A DNA stretch of 64,000 nt from positions 3,328,001-3,392,000 of the forward strand of contig CBDCTZ010000016.1 of NCBI GenBank assembly GCA_965222375.1. Direction: 5' to 3'. Below, in pieces: positions 1 to 9,382 of the stretch (positions are counted from its first letter, which is position 1; every line of letters begins with the position of its first letter). The notes beneath the pieces are model-generated. The model was not told the origin of the DNA, did no database searches, and saw only the letters and a list, made by a program, of their open reading frames with translations. This DNA is from Polyangiaceae bacterium (GTDB taxonomy: Bacteria > Myxococcota_A > Polyangia > Polyangiales > Polyangiaceae). Both the position numbers and the translations under genes were made by a program.

Positions 1-2
1 TC

Positions 3-245
3 ATGGCGCTTTCCATCGTGCTCAGTCAGGCCTTGCGTGGCGCCGGAGATACGCGGTCCCCCCTGATCGCGGCGGTGCTGTTCGGCTTGGTCGCGCGGGT
101 CGGTCTAGCTTGGTATTGGGGGATTGTCCAAGACCTCGGGATCATGGCGATTTGGAGCGCGAGCCTGGTTGACTGGGTGTGCCGCGCGGCTTTCGTCTTC
201 GGGGTTTTTGCCAGAGGCCGCTGGCGGCGGGTCGAGATTTCGTGA
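3..245 (+). CDS. MATE-family efflux transporter, C-terminal fragment (truncated by window edge)
   Basis: ALRGAGDTRSPL motif followed by TM helices and a C-terminal RGRW, typical of MATE C-termini. Confidence 0.8.
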   Translation: MALSIVLSQALRGAGDTRSPLIAAVLFGLVARVGLAWYWGIVQDLGIMAIWSASLVDWVCRAAFVFGVFARGRWRRVEIS

Positions 246-326
246 TGCGCGAACTTGGCCCTGTGGGGCTAGGGCAGGAGACAATTTCGCCTCGCGCGTC
301 ATCCGACCGCGAAGGAGGCTCGGAAC

Positions 327-1058
327 ATGTTGCTCGCTCAGTCCGCCGTACACGCACCGCCAAAGCGCCCACCTCCGCTGTGGTACGTGACGAACGGGGA
401 GACCACCGTTGGCCCCGTCCGCTCCGAGCTCTTGGTTCGAGGTGTCTGGCACGATCGAATCCCCGAGGACTGTCACGTTCGCGAATCGCGCTGGAAGAGC
501 TGGCGCTGCCTCTCGGAAATCCGGGAAGTGGCGGCGGTGAAGCGCGCCAAGCGACACGGCTTCGATGCTCCGCGTCTGCGGCGACCGGTACTCACCTTCG
601 ACCGATTCCATGCCAGGTTTCGCCACGCCAGTGACGCCAGCGAAGTACTGCTGCTGCTCCTGGCAGAAGCCATGGATCGGACCCGGGCCAGCTACGGCAT
701 GATCCATCGCGCACGAGAGCGCTTCGGTGCCCCGGTCATCTCCTACGCCCGGGGGCCGGGAATGAGTGAAATGCTCGGTCAGACCGTCGAAACCAACGAC
801 GCGTCTCTCGCGGTCGCCCGGATGGGAAAGATCGTCTACGGACCGCCAGCTCACGGATTTGTCGAACGCACCATTGCCTTGCGAATCGGAGCGCCGCGTC
901 AACTCTCGGGGGTGGCCATGATTCCCGTGACAACTGCACAGCACCTCCTCGCAGTGATGGAGTTGGGACGCCGAGACCATTCGTTCCGAGTGCAGGACGC
1001 CAAGACCCTCGCGTTTCTGGCTCGCGCCGCCGTATCGCGCCTCGAGCGTCGCGGCTGA
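327..1058 (+). CDS. GYF_2-like N-terminal domain plus GAF-like domain protein
   Basis: WYV..GETTVGPV...W..W N-terminus; C-terminal AMIPV...LAVMELGR..F...DAKTLAFLA GAF-like end. Confidence 0.6.
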   Translation: MLLAQSAVHAPPKRPPPLWYVTNGETTVGPVRSELLVRGVWHDRIPEDCHVRESRWKSWRCLSEIREVAAVKRAKRHGFDAPRLRRPVLTFDRFHARFRHASDASEVLLLLLAEAMDRTRASYGMIHRARERFGAPVISYARGPGMSEMLGQTVETNDASLAVARMGKIVYGPPAHGFVERTIALRIGAPRQLSGVAMIPVTTAQHLLAVMELGRRDHSFRVQDAKTLAFLARAAVSRLERRG

Positions 1059-1120
1059 GGGACTCCGCTGGCCCCTGCTGCCGCCGTATCGCGCCTCGAG
1101 CACGGCGGCCGAGGGACTCC
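1026..1120. repeat. 41-bp imperfect direct repeat x2 (1026-1066, 1080-1120)
   Basis: GCCGCCGTATCGCGCCTCGAGC...GAGGGACTCC, 4 mismatches; duplicates the 3' end of the upstream gene. Confidence 0.85.
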
Positions 1121-1160
1121 TGCGGCGCGATAGTCCGCCGTTGGTGTAGGCTCAGTATGG

Positions 1161-4100
1161 TTGGACTCGTCCAGACTGCTCGCATCGCGTTTCGAACTGT
1201 CCCGCGTTGCCCATAGCGGCGGCATGGGCCAGTTGTTCGCCGGACTGGATCGGCAGACGGGCGAGGCCGTAGCGATCAAGATGGCGCTACCGGTGCCGGG
1301 CGCGTCTGAGCTGCTGAGTTGGGAAGCGCGAACTCTCGCGCTACTCGACCACCCATCCGTGGTCCGATACGTGGCTCACGGAGAATCGAGCAGCGCGCTG
1401 CCCTACCTGGTGATGGAGTGGCTCGACGGCGAGAGTCTGGCTGGTGTCTTGGGGCGGGGACCACTGCCCGTACAGGACGTGATCGAGATTGGGATCCGGG
1501 GTGCGGCCGCGCTCGCGCACCTACACGGCCGCGACCTGATTCACCGTGACTTTTCGCCGGCAAACATCGTGCTCCGCGCTGGGCGGGCCGACCACGCCAA
1601 ACTCGTCGATTTCGGTATCGCCCTGCCTCAACGAGAAAGCCCAAGTGAGGCGAAGTTCGTGGGGTCACCGTCCTACGCTTCGCCGGAGCAAGCCGCCGGC
1701 GTGGCCGAACTCGACCCACGATCCGACCTGTTCTCGCTAGGCGCAGTGCTCTACGAAGCCATCACCGGGAAGGTCGCCTTCGACGGCAAGAACGCCCTGG
1801 CAGTGCTCGCGAAGGTTGCCCTGTCAGAACCGGATTTTCGAATTCTCTCGAACCTGGCCCCGCCTGGGCTCTGCCAACTCGTTCGCGCACTGCTTCGCAA
1901 GTCACGGGACGAGCGCCCAATTTCTGCCAACCACGTGGCAGAAATGCTTGCGGAGCTGTCTTTTGCGCGTCCGTCGCTTCGCTCGAGTCGGCACGAAGTG
2001 TCAGCGGTCACGACGGCGGAACGTCGCCTGGTCACGGTCGTAGTGGCGCGACAGCAGTCGGAGCCTCCCACGCCTTTCATCCCGCAGCCCTCGCTAGCCA
2101 GGGATGCGCTCGTCGCGGCGATCGATGGCAGAAGTACTGCGCTCGCATTTCTCGGCCGCGGGTCGGCGTCGGACCAAGCGCGTCACGCCGTCCGATTGGC
2201 CGCAGATCTGGCGGAATCGGGACCTGTCGCGGTGGCCAGCGGCTGGGCCAACCTGAGCGATGACAATGCCGTCCCCAGCGAGTGGATCGACCGCAGCGTG
2301 CAACTGCTGGCTGAGGCCCCCGGAGAGGTGCGCCTCGACGAAACGACCGCAGGTTTGGTGTCGAGCCACGTGCCCATCCAGACCGTGGATGCGTGCTACC
2401 GCCTCACTCGAGACACCGAGCCGCCCCGAGGCAGCACCAAGCGGACGGCTCCGCTGCTGGGCCGCGAGCGTGAGCTTCGCACGTTGCGAGCCGTCGTTGC
2501 CGATGCCCTGGAAACGCCTCGGGCCTTGGCCGTTCTGGTCAGCGGGCCCGCCGGGATCGGCAAGAGCAAGCTCGCACGGGAGTTCTATTCAGAGCTCTCC
2601 AGCACCGAGAGCCCGCCGCAGCTCGTGCAGCTCAGCGCCGATCCACTACGCGAGAATTCTCCCCTGGCGCTGGCCCACGAGTTCGTGCGCGAGGTGCTCG
2701 ACCTGCGCCAGCATGCCACGCCGACGGAGCGCGTCGCCGAGATCGCAAAGACAATCGAAGCATTGAACTGCCCAAGCGCCGCCCAAACGACGGGCTTTCT
2801 ATGTGAAATCCTCGGGCTCGGGGATGCGACGGTCGCTAGTCACGAGCTTGCAGCGGCCCGCCAGGATCCGGTTCTGATGGGGGACCAAATCAAAGCGGCG
2901 CTGACTCGTCTGGTCGAGACTTTGTGTAGTCGCCACCCTCTCGTGATCGGGATTGACGACCTGCACTGGGCAGACGGTGCGACGCTACAGCTACTCGATG
3001 ACGTGCTCCGGGTAGCATTGGACCTGCCCTTCGCCATCGTCGGTCTGACCCGACCCGAGCTGCATGAGCGACTGCCAGACCTGTGGCGCAGTCACGATCT
3101 GCAGGAGATCCGTGTGACCGAGCTGACTCGCCGCGCCAGCCGCCGCCTCGTGGCTCATCTCCTCGGCGGGGAGGGGGACGAGACAGCGGTGGAGTGGATG
3201 GTCGAGACGGCCGCGGGAAACGCGTTCTATCTCGAGGAGCTGGTGCGCGCGCACCGCGCTGGGCGAGGTCGAGACGTGCCCGGCAGCATCGTGGCGATGG
3301 TGCAAAATCGCCTAGAAGACATGGAGCCGGAAGCACGTCGGGTTCTGCGAGCCGCTAGCGTGTTTGGTGCTCACTTCTGGCCCGCAGGGGTGGTCGCGCT
3401 CGTCGGGGGCGATGTGGTCGAAGATGACGTTGCGGCGTGGCTGTCCACGTTGGAAGAGCGCGAACTGGTTGAGGCAAGCGCGGAGAGTCGCCTGCCCGAC
3501 CAAACAGAATACCAGTTCCGCCACGCTCTGATTCGGGATGCCGCCTACGCGACCCTGACAGATCTCGATCGACGCTCGGCGCATATGTCCGCAGCACAGT
3601 GGCTGGAGGCAGCGGGCGAATTGGACGCTTCCACGCTGGCGGAACACTACGAACTAGGCGGGCAGCCAGAGGCCTCGGGACCCTTTTGGCACCGCGCCGC
3701 GGTACTGGCGTTGGAAGGAAACGACTTTGCGGCCGCCGCAATGCATGCGGATCGAGGCTTGGCGAGTTCCACCAACAGCGCTTTGACCGGGGCGCTTCTA
3801 TCTTCGGCCGCCGAAGCCGAGCGGCTGCGAGGCGACCTGGACCGCGCTGCACTTCTGTCAGCAAGGGCCCTCGAGATACTGGAGTGCGGCAGCGGTCGCT
3901 GGTTCGCTTGCGTGGGGGAGCGTGCCTTGGTCCTACAACGGCTCGGCAACCGCGAAGAGCTGAGCAAGCTTGCTGAGCAGCTGTTGGGTGCCTCCTCGCT
4001 GCCGGGCGCCTCGGAAAACGGCGCTTGGGCCAAGCTGAGGACCGCCCTGGCCTGCTTTCGCGTAGGCGAATTGACCTTGTCCAGGACATGTTGGGACGAA

Positions 4101-4940
4101 GTCGCGGAGCTACCCGAGCTGTCCAGCCCGCTCGTCTTGGCCTGGCGCCACGCCGTTGCGGCCATCTTCGCGCTCAGCTCTGGGGACCGCGGAGAGTATC
4201 TGCAGGAAGCGGAAGCATGCCGCGCCCGCTACGAGCAGATCGGGGATCGTCGCGCCGTTCTGGAGCAAACAATCAATTTGGGCAGCGCCTACGTCGAACT
4301 CGGGCGTGCCGAGCAAGCGGAGCAAATGCTTCGCGCTGCTCTGGTCGAGGCCAAGCATCTTCACTTGGAGCACCTGGCCGCCGGTGCACAGCACAACCTC
4401 GGCCTGGCCCTGGGGCGGATGGGAAGATTCGAAGAAGCTCTTGCGCTCGAGCACGAGGCCCTCGCGAACTTCCAGCGTCACGATCGCCGGTTGGAGGGCG
4501 GAGCCCGCGTGTCGATGGCGCTGATCGCGCTTTGGGCACAGGATTTCGAACTCGGTCAGCGCGAGGCCGAACTCGGTCTCGCGATGCTGCGCAGCGCCGC
4601 TCCGCCCCTGGTACCCGTGGCGCTGGCGACTCTGGCCGCTGTCGAATTGGCCCAAGGGCGCGCTTCCGCGGCCTTAGCAGGTTGCGTCGAAGCCCAAGAT
4701 CTGGTGCGTGCCGCTGGCGGCGTCGAATACGGTGAATCGCTGTTGGCGCTGACGCACGTCAAGGCCCTTGTCGCGCAGGGCAACTCCCACGAGGCCAAGG
4801 CCATCGCCACGACAGCGTCGCAGCGCCTGGTTCAACGGGCCGGTCGCCTCACCGATCCAGCGCTCCGCACCAGTTTTTTGGAGGACGTGCCGGAAAACCA
4901 GCAGCTTCGCAGGCTGGCGGCTGAACTGGCGACACCCTGA
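1161..4940 (+). CDS. Ser/Thr protein kinase fused to AAA/STAND ATPase and TPR repeats
   Basis: VAIK, HRDFSPAN, DFG, SPE kinase motifs; GPAGIGKS Walker A, IDDLHWAD Walker B; helical repeats at C-terminus. Confidence 0.9.
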   Translation: MDSSRLLASRFELSRVAHSGGMGQLFAGLDRQTGEAVAIKMALPVPGASELLSWEARTLALLDHPSVVRYVAHGESSSALPYLVMEWLDGESLAGVLGRGPLPVQDVIEIGIRGAAALAHLHGRDLIHRDFSPANIVLRAGRADHAKLVDFGIALPQRESPSEAKFVGSPSYASPEQAAGVAELDPRSDLFSLGAVLYEAITGKVAFDGKNALAVLAKVALSEPDFRILSNLAPPGLCQLVRALLRKSRDERPISANHVAEMLAELSFARPSLRSSRHEVSAVTTAERRLVTVVVARQQSEPPTPFIPQPSLARDALVAAIDGRSTALAFLGRGSASDQARHAVRLAADLAESGPVAVASGWANLSDDNAVPSEWIDRSVQLLAEAPGEVRLDETTAGLVSSHVPIQTVDACYRLTRDTEPPRGSTKRTAPLLGRERELRTLRAVVADALETPRALAVLVSGPAGIGKSKLAREFYSELSSTESPPQLVQLSADPLRENSPLALAHEFVREVLDLRQHATPTERVAEIAKTIEALNCPSAAQTTGFLCEILGLGDATVASHELAAARQDPVLMGDQIKAALTRLVETLCSRHPLVIGIDDLHWADGATLQLLDDVLRVALDLPFAIVGLTRPELHERLPDLWRSHDLQEIRVTELTRRASRRLVAHLLGGEGDETAVEWMVETAAGNAFYLEELVRAHRAGRGRDVPGSIVAMVQNRLEDMEPEARRVLRAASVFGAHFWPAGVVALVGGDVVEDDVAAWLSTLEERELVEASAESRLPDQTEYQFRHALIRDAAYATLTDLDRRSAHMSAAQWLEAAGELDASTLAEHYELGGQPEASGPFWHRAAVLALEGNDFAAAAMHADRGLASSTNSALTGALLSSAAEAERLRGDLDRAALLSARALEILECGSGRWFACVGERALVLQRLGNREELSKLAEQLLGASSLPGASENGAWAKLRTALACFRVGELTLSRTCWDEVAELPELSSPLVLAWRHAVAAIFALSSGDRGEYLQEAEACRARYEQIGDRRAVLEQTINLGSAYVELGRAEQAEQMLRAALVEAKHLHLEHLAAGAQHNLGLALGRMGRFEEALALEHEALANFQRHDRRLEGGARVSMALIALWAQDFELGQREAELGLAMLRSAAPPLVPVALATLAAVELAQGRASAALAGCVEAQDLVRAAGGVEYGESLLALTHVKALVAQGNSHEAKAIATTASQRLVQRAGRLTDPALRTSFLEDVPENQQLRRLAAELATP

Positions 4941-5106
4941 GCAGCGGCCCCTTCGCGGCGCGGCTTCCCGTTCGATGCCGCATGCGGAATCATTAGTAAT
5001 TTCAATATATTATGAGGCTGCTCGCCCCGGGGTCTCGCCAAAACGATTCGAGGGGTAGCAGCTGACGAACACTTTTCCGGATCCTGCGGGCTAGACTGCC
5101 CTCCCA

Positions 5107-6480
5107 ATGCCCCGGGCGCCCTTCGATACCGTCCAGAGTTCTACGGTTGCGCTGGAACTCGAGCGAACGTTTGCAGCGAGCACATTCCGTCTCGTCGTGA
5201 TCGAGGGCTCCGATGCGGGCAAGGAATTCGTGCTCGACGGCGACACCGTTCTTCGGGTCGTGATTGGAACCAGCCCGGCTTGCGACGCGCGGCTCACGGA
5301 CCACAGCGTTTCCCGTCGACATGCGAGTGTCGAACTGACTGGCAGGCGTTTGCGGATCCGTGATCACGATTCCACCAACGGCACATTCGTCGATGGTGTC
5401 GCGGTCATGGACGCGTTCCTGCGTGGAGCTGAAATCGTTCGTGTCGGCGGCACGGCATTCCGGGTCGACGAGATTGGCCCCTATCGAGAACACAAACTGC
5501 CGGGTGGTGTGCAATTCGGGAGGGTCATCGGCGCCAGCCCGGCCATGCGCGTGCTCTACCCGCTCTGCGAGCGCCTCGCGAAGTCCGACGTGCCAGTCGT
5601 AATCGAGGGGGAAACTGGCACCGGCAAAGAACAACTGGCCGAGGCCCTCCATGAGCAAGGGGTCCGAACCAAGGGCCCCTTCGTCGTGTTCGATTGCACT
5701 GCCGTTGCTCCCAGCTTGATCGAGAGCGAGCTATTCGGTCACGAAAAGGGTGCCTTCACCGGCAGTGTCGGAACGCGGCGCGGCGTGTTCGAGCGAGCGG
5801 ATGGTGGCACTCTGCTGATTGACGAAATCGGTGACCTGCCCTTGGAGCTGCAGCCCAAGTTGCTCCGCGCCATCGAGCGTTCGGAGGTGACCCGAGTCGG
5901 TGGCGAGCGCCCGACTCGGGTCAACGTGCGCTTGCTTGCGGCCACGCGGCGGGATTTGGACCACGAAGTCGGGGCAGGGCGTTTTCGGGACGACCTCTTC
6001 CACCGAATCGCGGTGACGCGCATCGAACTGCCACCGCTGAGGGAGCGAGAGGGCGACCTGCGGCTGTTGGTTTCATTCTTCTGCGCGCAGATGAATGCCG
6101 ACGCGGAGGCAATCCCGCCCGAGCTGATGAAGCGATGGGAGGACTACAGCTGGCCAGGCAATGTGCGCGAGCTGCGCAACGCCGTCATGCGGCGCGTAGC
6201 CCTTGGGGATCTGGCCGATTCGGTGCCCACCGAGGAGTCTCCGGCCCAGGCACGCGCGATGGGTGCGCCCACCGCGCCCTTGAGCAACGATGCCATCGCC
6301 CGCGTGCTTGCGTCAGACCTGCCCTTGGCGGAGGCGCGGCAAAAGCTCGTAGACGAATTCGAGGCGCGCTACGTGGAGCATGTCCTCGAGCAGCACGGCG
6401 GCAACGTAACCCGCGCGGCAGCTGCGGCCGGCGTGGCTCGCCGCCACCTGCAGCGACTCAAGGCTAAATCCGGGCGCTGA
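5107..6480 (+). CDS. FHA-domain sigma54-dependent enhancer-binding protein (Fis-type HTH)
   Basis: FHA VSRRHA/STNGT; GETGTGKE, ESELFGHEKGAFTGS, WPGNVREL; C-terminal GGNVTRAA HTH. Confidence 0.93.
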   Translation: MPRAPFDTVQSSTVALELERTFAASTFRLVVIEGSDAGKEFVLDGDTVLRVVIGTSPACDARLTDHSVSRRHASVELTGRRLRIRDHDSTNGTFVDGVAVMDAFLRGAEIVRVGGTAFRVDEIGPYREHKLPGGVQFGRVIGASPAMRVLYPLCERLAKSDVPVVIEGETGTGKEQLAEALHEQGVRTKGPFVVFDCTAVAPSLIESELFGHEKGAFTGSVGTRRGVFERADGGTLLIDEIGDLPLELQPKLLRAIERSEVTRVGGERPTRVNVRLLAATRRDLDHEVGAGRFRDDLFHRIAVTRIELPPLREREGDLRLLVSFFCAQMNADAEAIPPELMKRWEDYSWPGNVRELRNAVMRRVALGDLADSVPTEESPAQARAMGAPTAPLSNDAIARVLASDLPLAEARQKLVDEFEARYVEHVLEQHGGNVTRAAAAAGVARRHLQRLKAKSGR

Positions 6481-6609
6481 TTCCTCCCATCCCAGCCGCG
6501 CGTTCAAACCCGCTTCTTGGCGCCGCTTCGCTGCAGAGGATTCACAGGAGGCGGGAAGGTTGGGAAGGAAGAGGCTTGGGTCTGTTCGGATTTGTAGCTC
6601 CAAACTACA

Positions 6610-7419
6610 TCACTTGGGGTGCTCTTCGCTCGCCCCCGCGCGCACCGTCAGGGCCAGCCCGATGGTCGTGTAGATTTTCGTATCAGTTCGCTCACCGTTG
6701 CGAACCTCGGGCATCAAACCCACGGCGGCCATACCCTCGATGCGGGCGCCGTGTAGGGGAATGTCCAGGTGCCGCGCCAAGTCTAGGCCCCCTCCGAAAA
6801 AGAGTGCGGGGAATGCGCCACTGAGCTCTCCCTTCACCTTGTTGCCGGTACCATCTTCGTTGCAATCCACGCCGACCCCGGTGGCGGGCGCAACGCAGTA
6901 GGTGCCCTCCGCGTCGAGACCCAGTACGGACGCTCCGATGAAGCCGTGCAGCTCGAGCCAGTGGCTCTCTGGCGTCACGCGTCCGTTGACGGCGACTTCG
7001 GCACCCAGGCGCGTGGCATCGTAAGAAGCTCCTCGATGGGACCCACTGGCCACCGTGCCAAAGCCCGCGGCCTGAAGCGCGAAGCGGTCGCTGGAGTCCA
7101 AGCCGTGACGATAGCGCAACATGGGTTCGCCATAGCCGCCGCCATAGCCGCCACCGACGTAGCGGCCCCCAGCGGCCAGACCTTCCGCGCCGATGAGCTC
7201 CCCGGCGTCCAGCCAGCCCGCAAGCTGTTGTGAAGGCGCGCCCTTGGGTTCATCCGACGTCGTCTTGCTCAAATAGAAGCCGGGAGTCGCCGCGACCTGC
7301 GCTTCCACGCCCATGCGGCGTTCCACGTTGCCGGTCGAGCCGGTCATCACGGGCATCGGTCCAAGCGTAGTGCAACCGGAGCTGCCTACCGCGATGAGTG
7401 CCAGGAGTGTTGTTCGCAT
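6610..7419 (-). CDS. putative lipoprotein, beta-rich (possibly outer membrane)
   Basis: MRTTLLALIAVGSSGC lipobox-like signal; alternating beta-strand pattern; start chosen at ATG 7419. Confidence 0.65.
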   Translation of the reverse strand: MRTTLLALIAVGSSGCTTLGPMPVMTGSTGNVERRMGVEAQVAATPGFYLSKTTSDEPKGAPSQQLAGWLDAGELIGAEGLAAGGRYVGGGYGGGYGEPMLRYRHGLDSSDRFALQAAGFGTVASGSHRGASYDATRLGAEVAVNGRVTPESHWLELHGFIGASVLGLDAEGTYCVAPATGVGVDCNEDGTGNKVKGELSGAFPALFFGGGLDLARHLDIPLHGARIEGMAAVGLMPEVRNGERTDTKIYTTIGLALTVRAGASEEHPK

Positions 7420-7431
7420 GCCCTGGGATCG

Positions 7432-7447
7432 TGCAATGCATGTGCCG
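7432..7447 (-). promoter_or_regulatory. sigma54 -24/-12 promoter of lipoprotein gene
   Basis: CGGCAC-ATGCA-TTGCA on minus strand, GG-N10-GC spacing, just upstream of ATG 7419. Confidence 0.65.
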
Positions 7448-7582
7448 CTGACCAAATACAGTGCTTGTCGCAAAGAAACAGTCCGAGTCTGGCTTCAGAA
7501 CCTCGGGTGTGCCGTTTGGTGCACACCACACTGCGCAGGATTTTTCCCGATGTTTGCGAAAGATTTTCGCGCCCTGTTTGGC

Positions 7583-8185
7583 TCAAGCGGCGAGGAGCGA
7601 ATCGTCCGATAGAGCTCGAGACAAGCGCGACATCAACTTGTGCTTCTTGCTGTAAACCGTGGCAATTCGAATTCCCATCAGCTCAGCGGCGCGCTCGGGC
7701 TCTTCGTGAGAGCGGAAGCACAAGTCATACAGTTGTCGCTCGCGTGGAGGCAGCGTGCTGACCGCGTTGTGCAGCAGGTCACTTCGCTGTCGTGCGAGAC
7801 AGTCCGCGTGCGGGTCGTCCTGGGACGACAAAACGACCTCCGCCTCCAAGGGAGCGGTGCGGCGTCGACGCAATCTGCGCACGTGGTCGTAAGCCGCCTG
7901 TTTGGCGATGCGCATCAGCCATTGCTCGAGGGTTAGACCGCGACCGCTGCGGAAGGCGAGCAACTTGGCACCATCGCTTTTGAGCAGTCGGATCGACAGC
8001 TCTGCGTAGACATCTTCTACGGTGTCGGAGGCGCACAGTCCGGGGAAGCGATGGATCACTCTGGCGATGCTGCGGCGGATCGTTGGACCCTGGTCCCGCT
8101 CGAAGCGGCACCAGGCGCGCGGATCGGCTTGGGCGAGAGCTGCGGCATTGATTTCGTCTGAAGTGGGCAAAGCAGGCTGTGTCAT
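7583..8185 (-). CDS. ECF-type sigma-70 factor
   Basis: region 2 (EDV..E...WLMRIAKQAAYDHVRR) and region 4 (LPPRERQ...AELMGIRIATVYSKKHK). Confidence 0.88.
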   Translation of the reverse strand: MTQPALPTSDEINAAALAQADPRAWCRFERDQGPTIRRSIARVIHRFPGLCASDTVEDVYAELSIRLLKSDGAKLLAFRSGRGLTLEQWLMRIAKQAAYDHVRRLRRRRTAPLEAEVVLSSQDDPHADCLARQRSDLLHNAVSTLPPRERQLYDLCFRSHEEPERAAELMGIRIATVYSKKHKLMSRLSRALSDDSLLAA

Positions 8186-8200
8186 CGGGAGAGCCCTTTC

Positions 8201-8215
8201 GCAACTGCCGTGCCA
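8201..8215 (-). promoter_or_regulatory. sigma54 -24/-12 promoter of ECF sigma gene
   Basis: perfect TGGCAC-GGCAG-TTGC on minus strand, 15 nt upstream of ATG. Confidence 0.8.
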
Positions 8216-8298
8216 CGCGCTAACTCCCCGAAATTACAGAGTGTGCCTAGCGTAGTTGCGGCAGCCATGCCCCGATCTGAGCCAGCCACTGGGTCAAG

Positions 8299-8407
8299 GT
8301 CGCCCCACCCGCTCAGATTTCTCTGCTGTCACGGCGGGGATCCGCTCTGGGCCTGGTGAGAAGGAGCGCGCGTCGCCCCACCCGCTCAGATTTCTCTGCT
8401 GTCACGG
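8299..8407. repeat. two identical 36-bp direct repeats separated by 37 bp
   Basis: GTCGCCCCACCCGCTCAGATTTCTCTGCTGTCACGG at 8299-8334 and 8372-8407. Confidence 0.92.
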
Positions 8408-8455
8408 GGCGCTACGTCCGGGCCCTTGGGATCCTTCCCTCGAAACCTCGGGTGC

Positions 8456-9331
8456 CTATCCGCTCAAGGCCGCTGCTGCGTTCACGCCGCGCTGGAAGAT
8501 GGCCAGCCCACCGGCCGAGCGCTCTCGACCCTGGGCCCGCTCCCTGCGAAACGCCGGGTGCTGAAAGGGAAAGAGGTAGGCGTCGGGGTGAGGCATCAGC
8601 CCGAACAAGCGGCCGCTGGGGTCACACAGACCTGCCGCGCCTCCGGGTGAGCCGTTAGGGTTGTCCGGCCAGCGTTCAGTCGCGGCTCCGTCTTCATCGA
8701 CGTAGCGGGCCGCAATCAGCTGAGCTTGGTCGACTCGCTCTTGAACCCCTTCGGCGAACAGGAGCTTTCCTTCACCATGGCGCGCGGGCAGATCCAAGCC
8801 CTCGACGCCCCGGGTCCACAAGCAAGGGGATTCCTGGTCGAAGCGCAGCTTGACCCAGGCGTCCCGATAACCAGGCCGATCGTTAGGCGCTAGAGTTGCC
8901 TGCGGCGTTTTGTAGTTCCCATCCAGCCCGGGCAACATGCCCAGCCGGGTCATGGTCTGGAAGCCGTTGCAAACACCGAGCGCCAATCCACCGCGTTCGA
9001 TGAAGGCGATCAGTTGGTCGTATAGCCGATAGCGGATCTTGTTCGCGAATACGAAGCCGCCGCCAAGGTGATCCCCGAAGGCGAAGCCCCCAATGAAAGC
9101 GAGTACTTGATAGTCGAGCAACGCCTTGGGGTTTTCCAGCAGGTCCAGCAGATGCACCTGCACCGGCGTCGCACCAACCGCGCTGAAGGCGTAGCTCGTC
9201 TCGGCTTCGCAGTTCAGCCCCAAGCCCGTGAGCACCAAGACGCGCACGGAATTGCGCCTCGCTTTCTTCTCCTCGTCTGAGCAGCTGTCGAAGGCGGTGA
9301 GTTTCTGTGTATCGGCGCTAGGAGCAGTCAC
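8456..9331 (-). CDS. purQ: phosphoribosylformylglycinamidine synthase glutaminase subunit
   Basis: GLNCEAET, GGFAFGDHLG, GVCNGFQ, HGEGK, NPNGS, GLMPHP motifs. Confidence 0.93.
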   Translation of the reverse strand: MTAPSADTQKLTAFDSCSDEEKKARRNSVRVLVLTGLGLNCEAETSYAFSAVGATPVQVHLLDLLENPKALLDYQVLAFIGGFAFGDHLGGGFVFANKIRYRLYDQLIAFIERGGLALGVCNGFQTMTRLGMLPGLDGNYKTPQATLAPNDRPGYRDAWVKLRFDQESPCLWTRGVEGLDLPARHGEGKLLFAEGVQERVDQAQLIAARYVDEDGAATERWPDNPNGSPGGAAGLCDPSGRLFGLMPHPDAYLFPFQHPAFRRERAQGRERSAGGLAIFQRGVNAAAALSG

Positions 9332-9382
9332 ACGCCGCGGAGCTTAGATCGAATTGCTGCGGGATAGGCCCCTGGAGTGGGC

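Noticed and set aside
4988..5017. AT-rich patch before the FHA activator
   Set aside because: Probably promoter or IHF-related, but no motif could be assigned
8299..8407. CRISPR array call
   Set aside because: Only two repeats, no palindrome or GAAAC-like end, and no cas genes; kept as a repeat only
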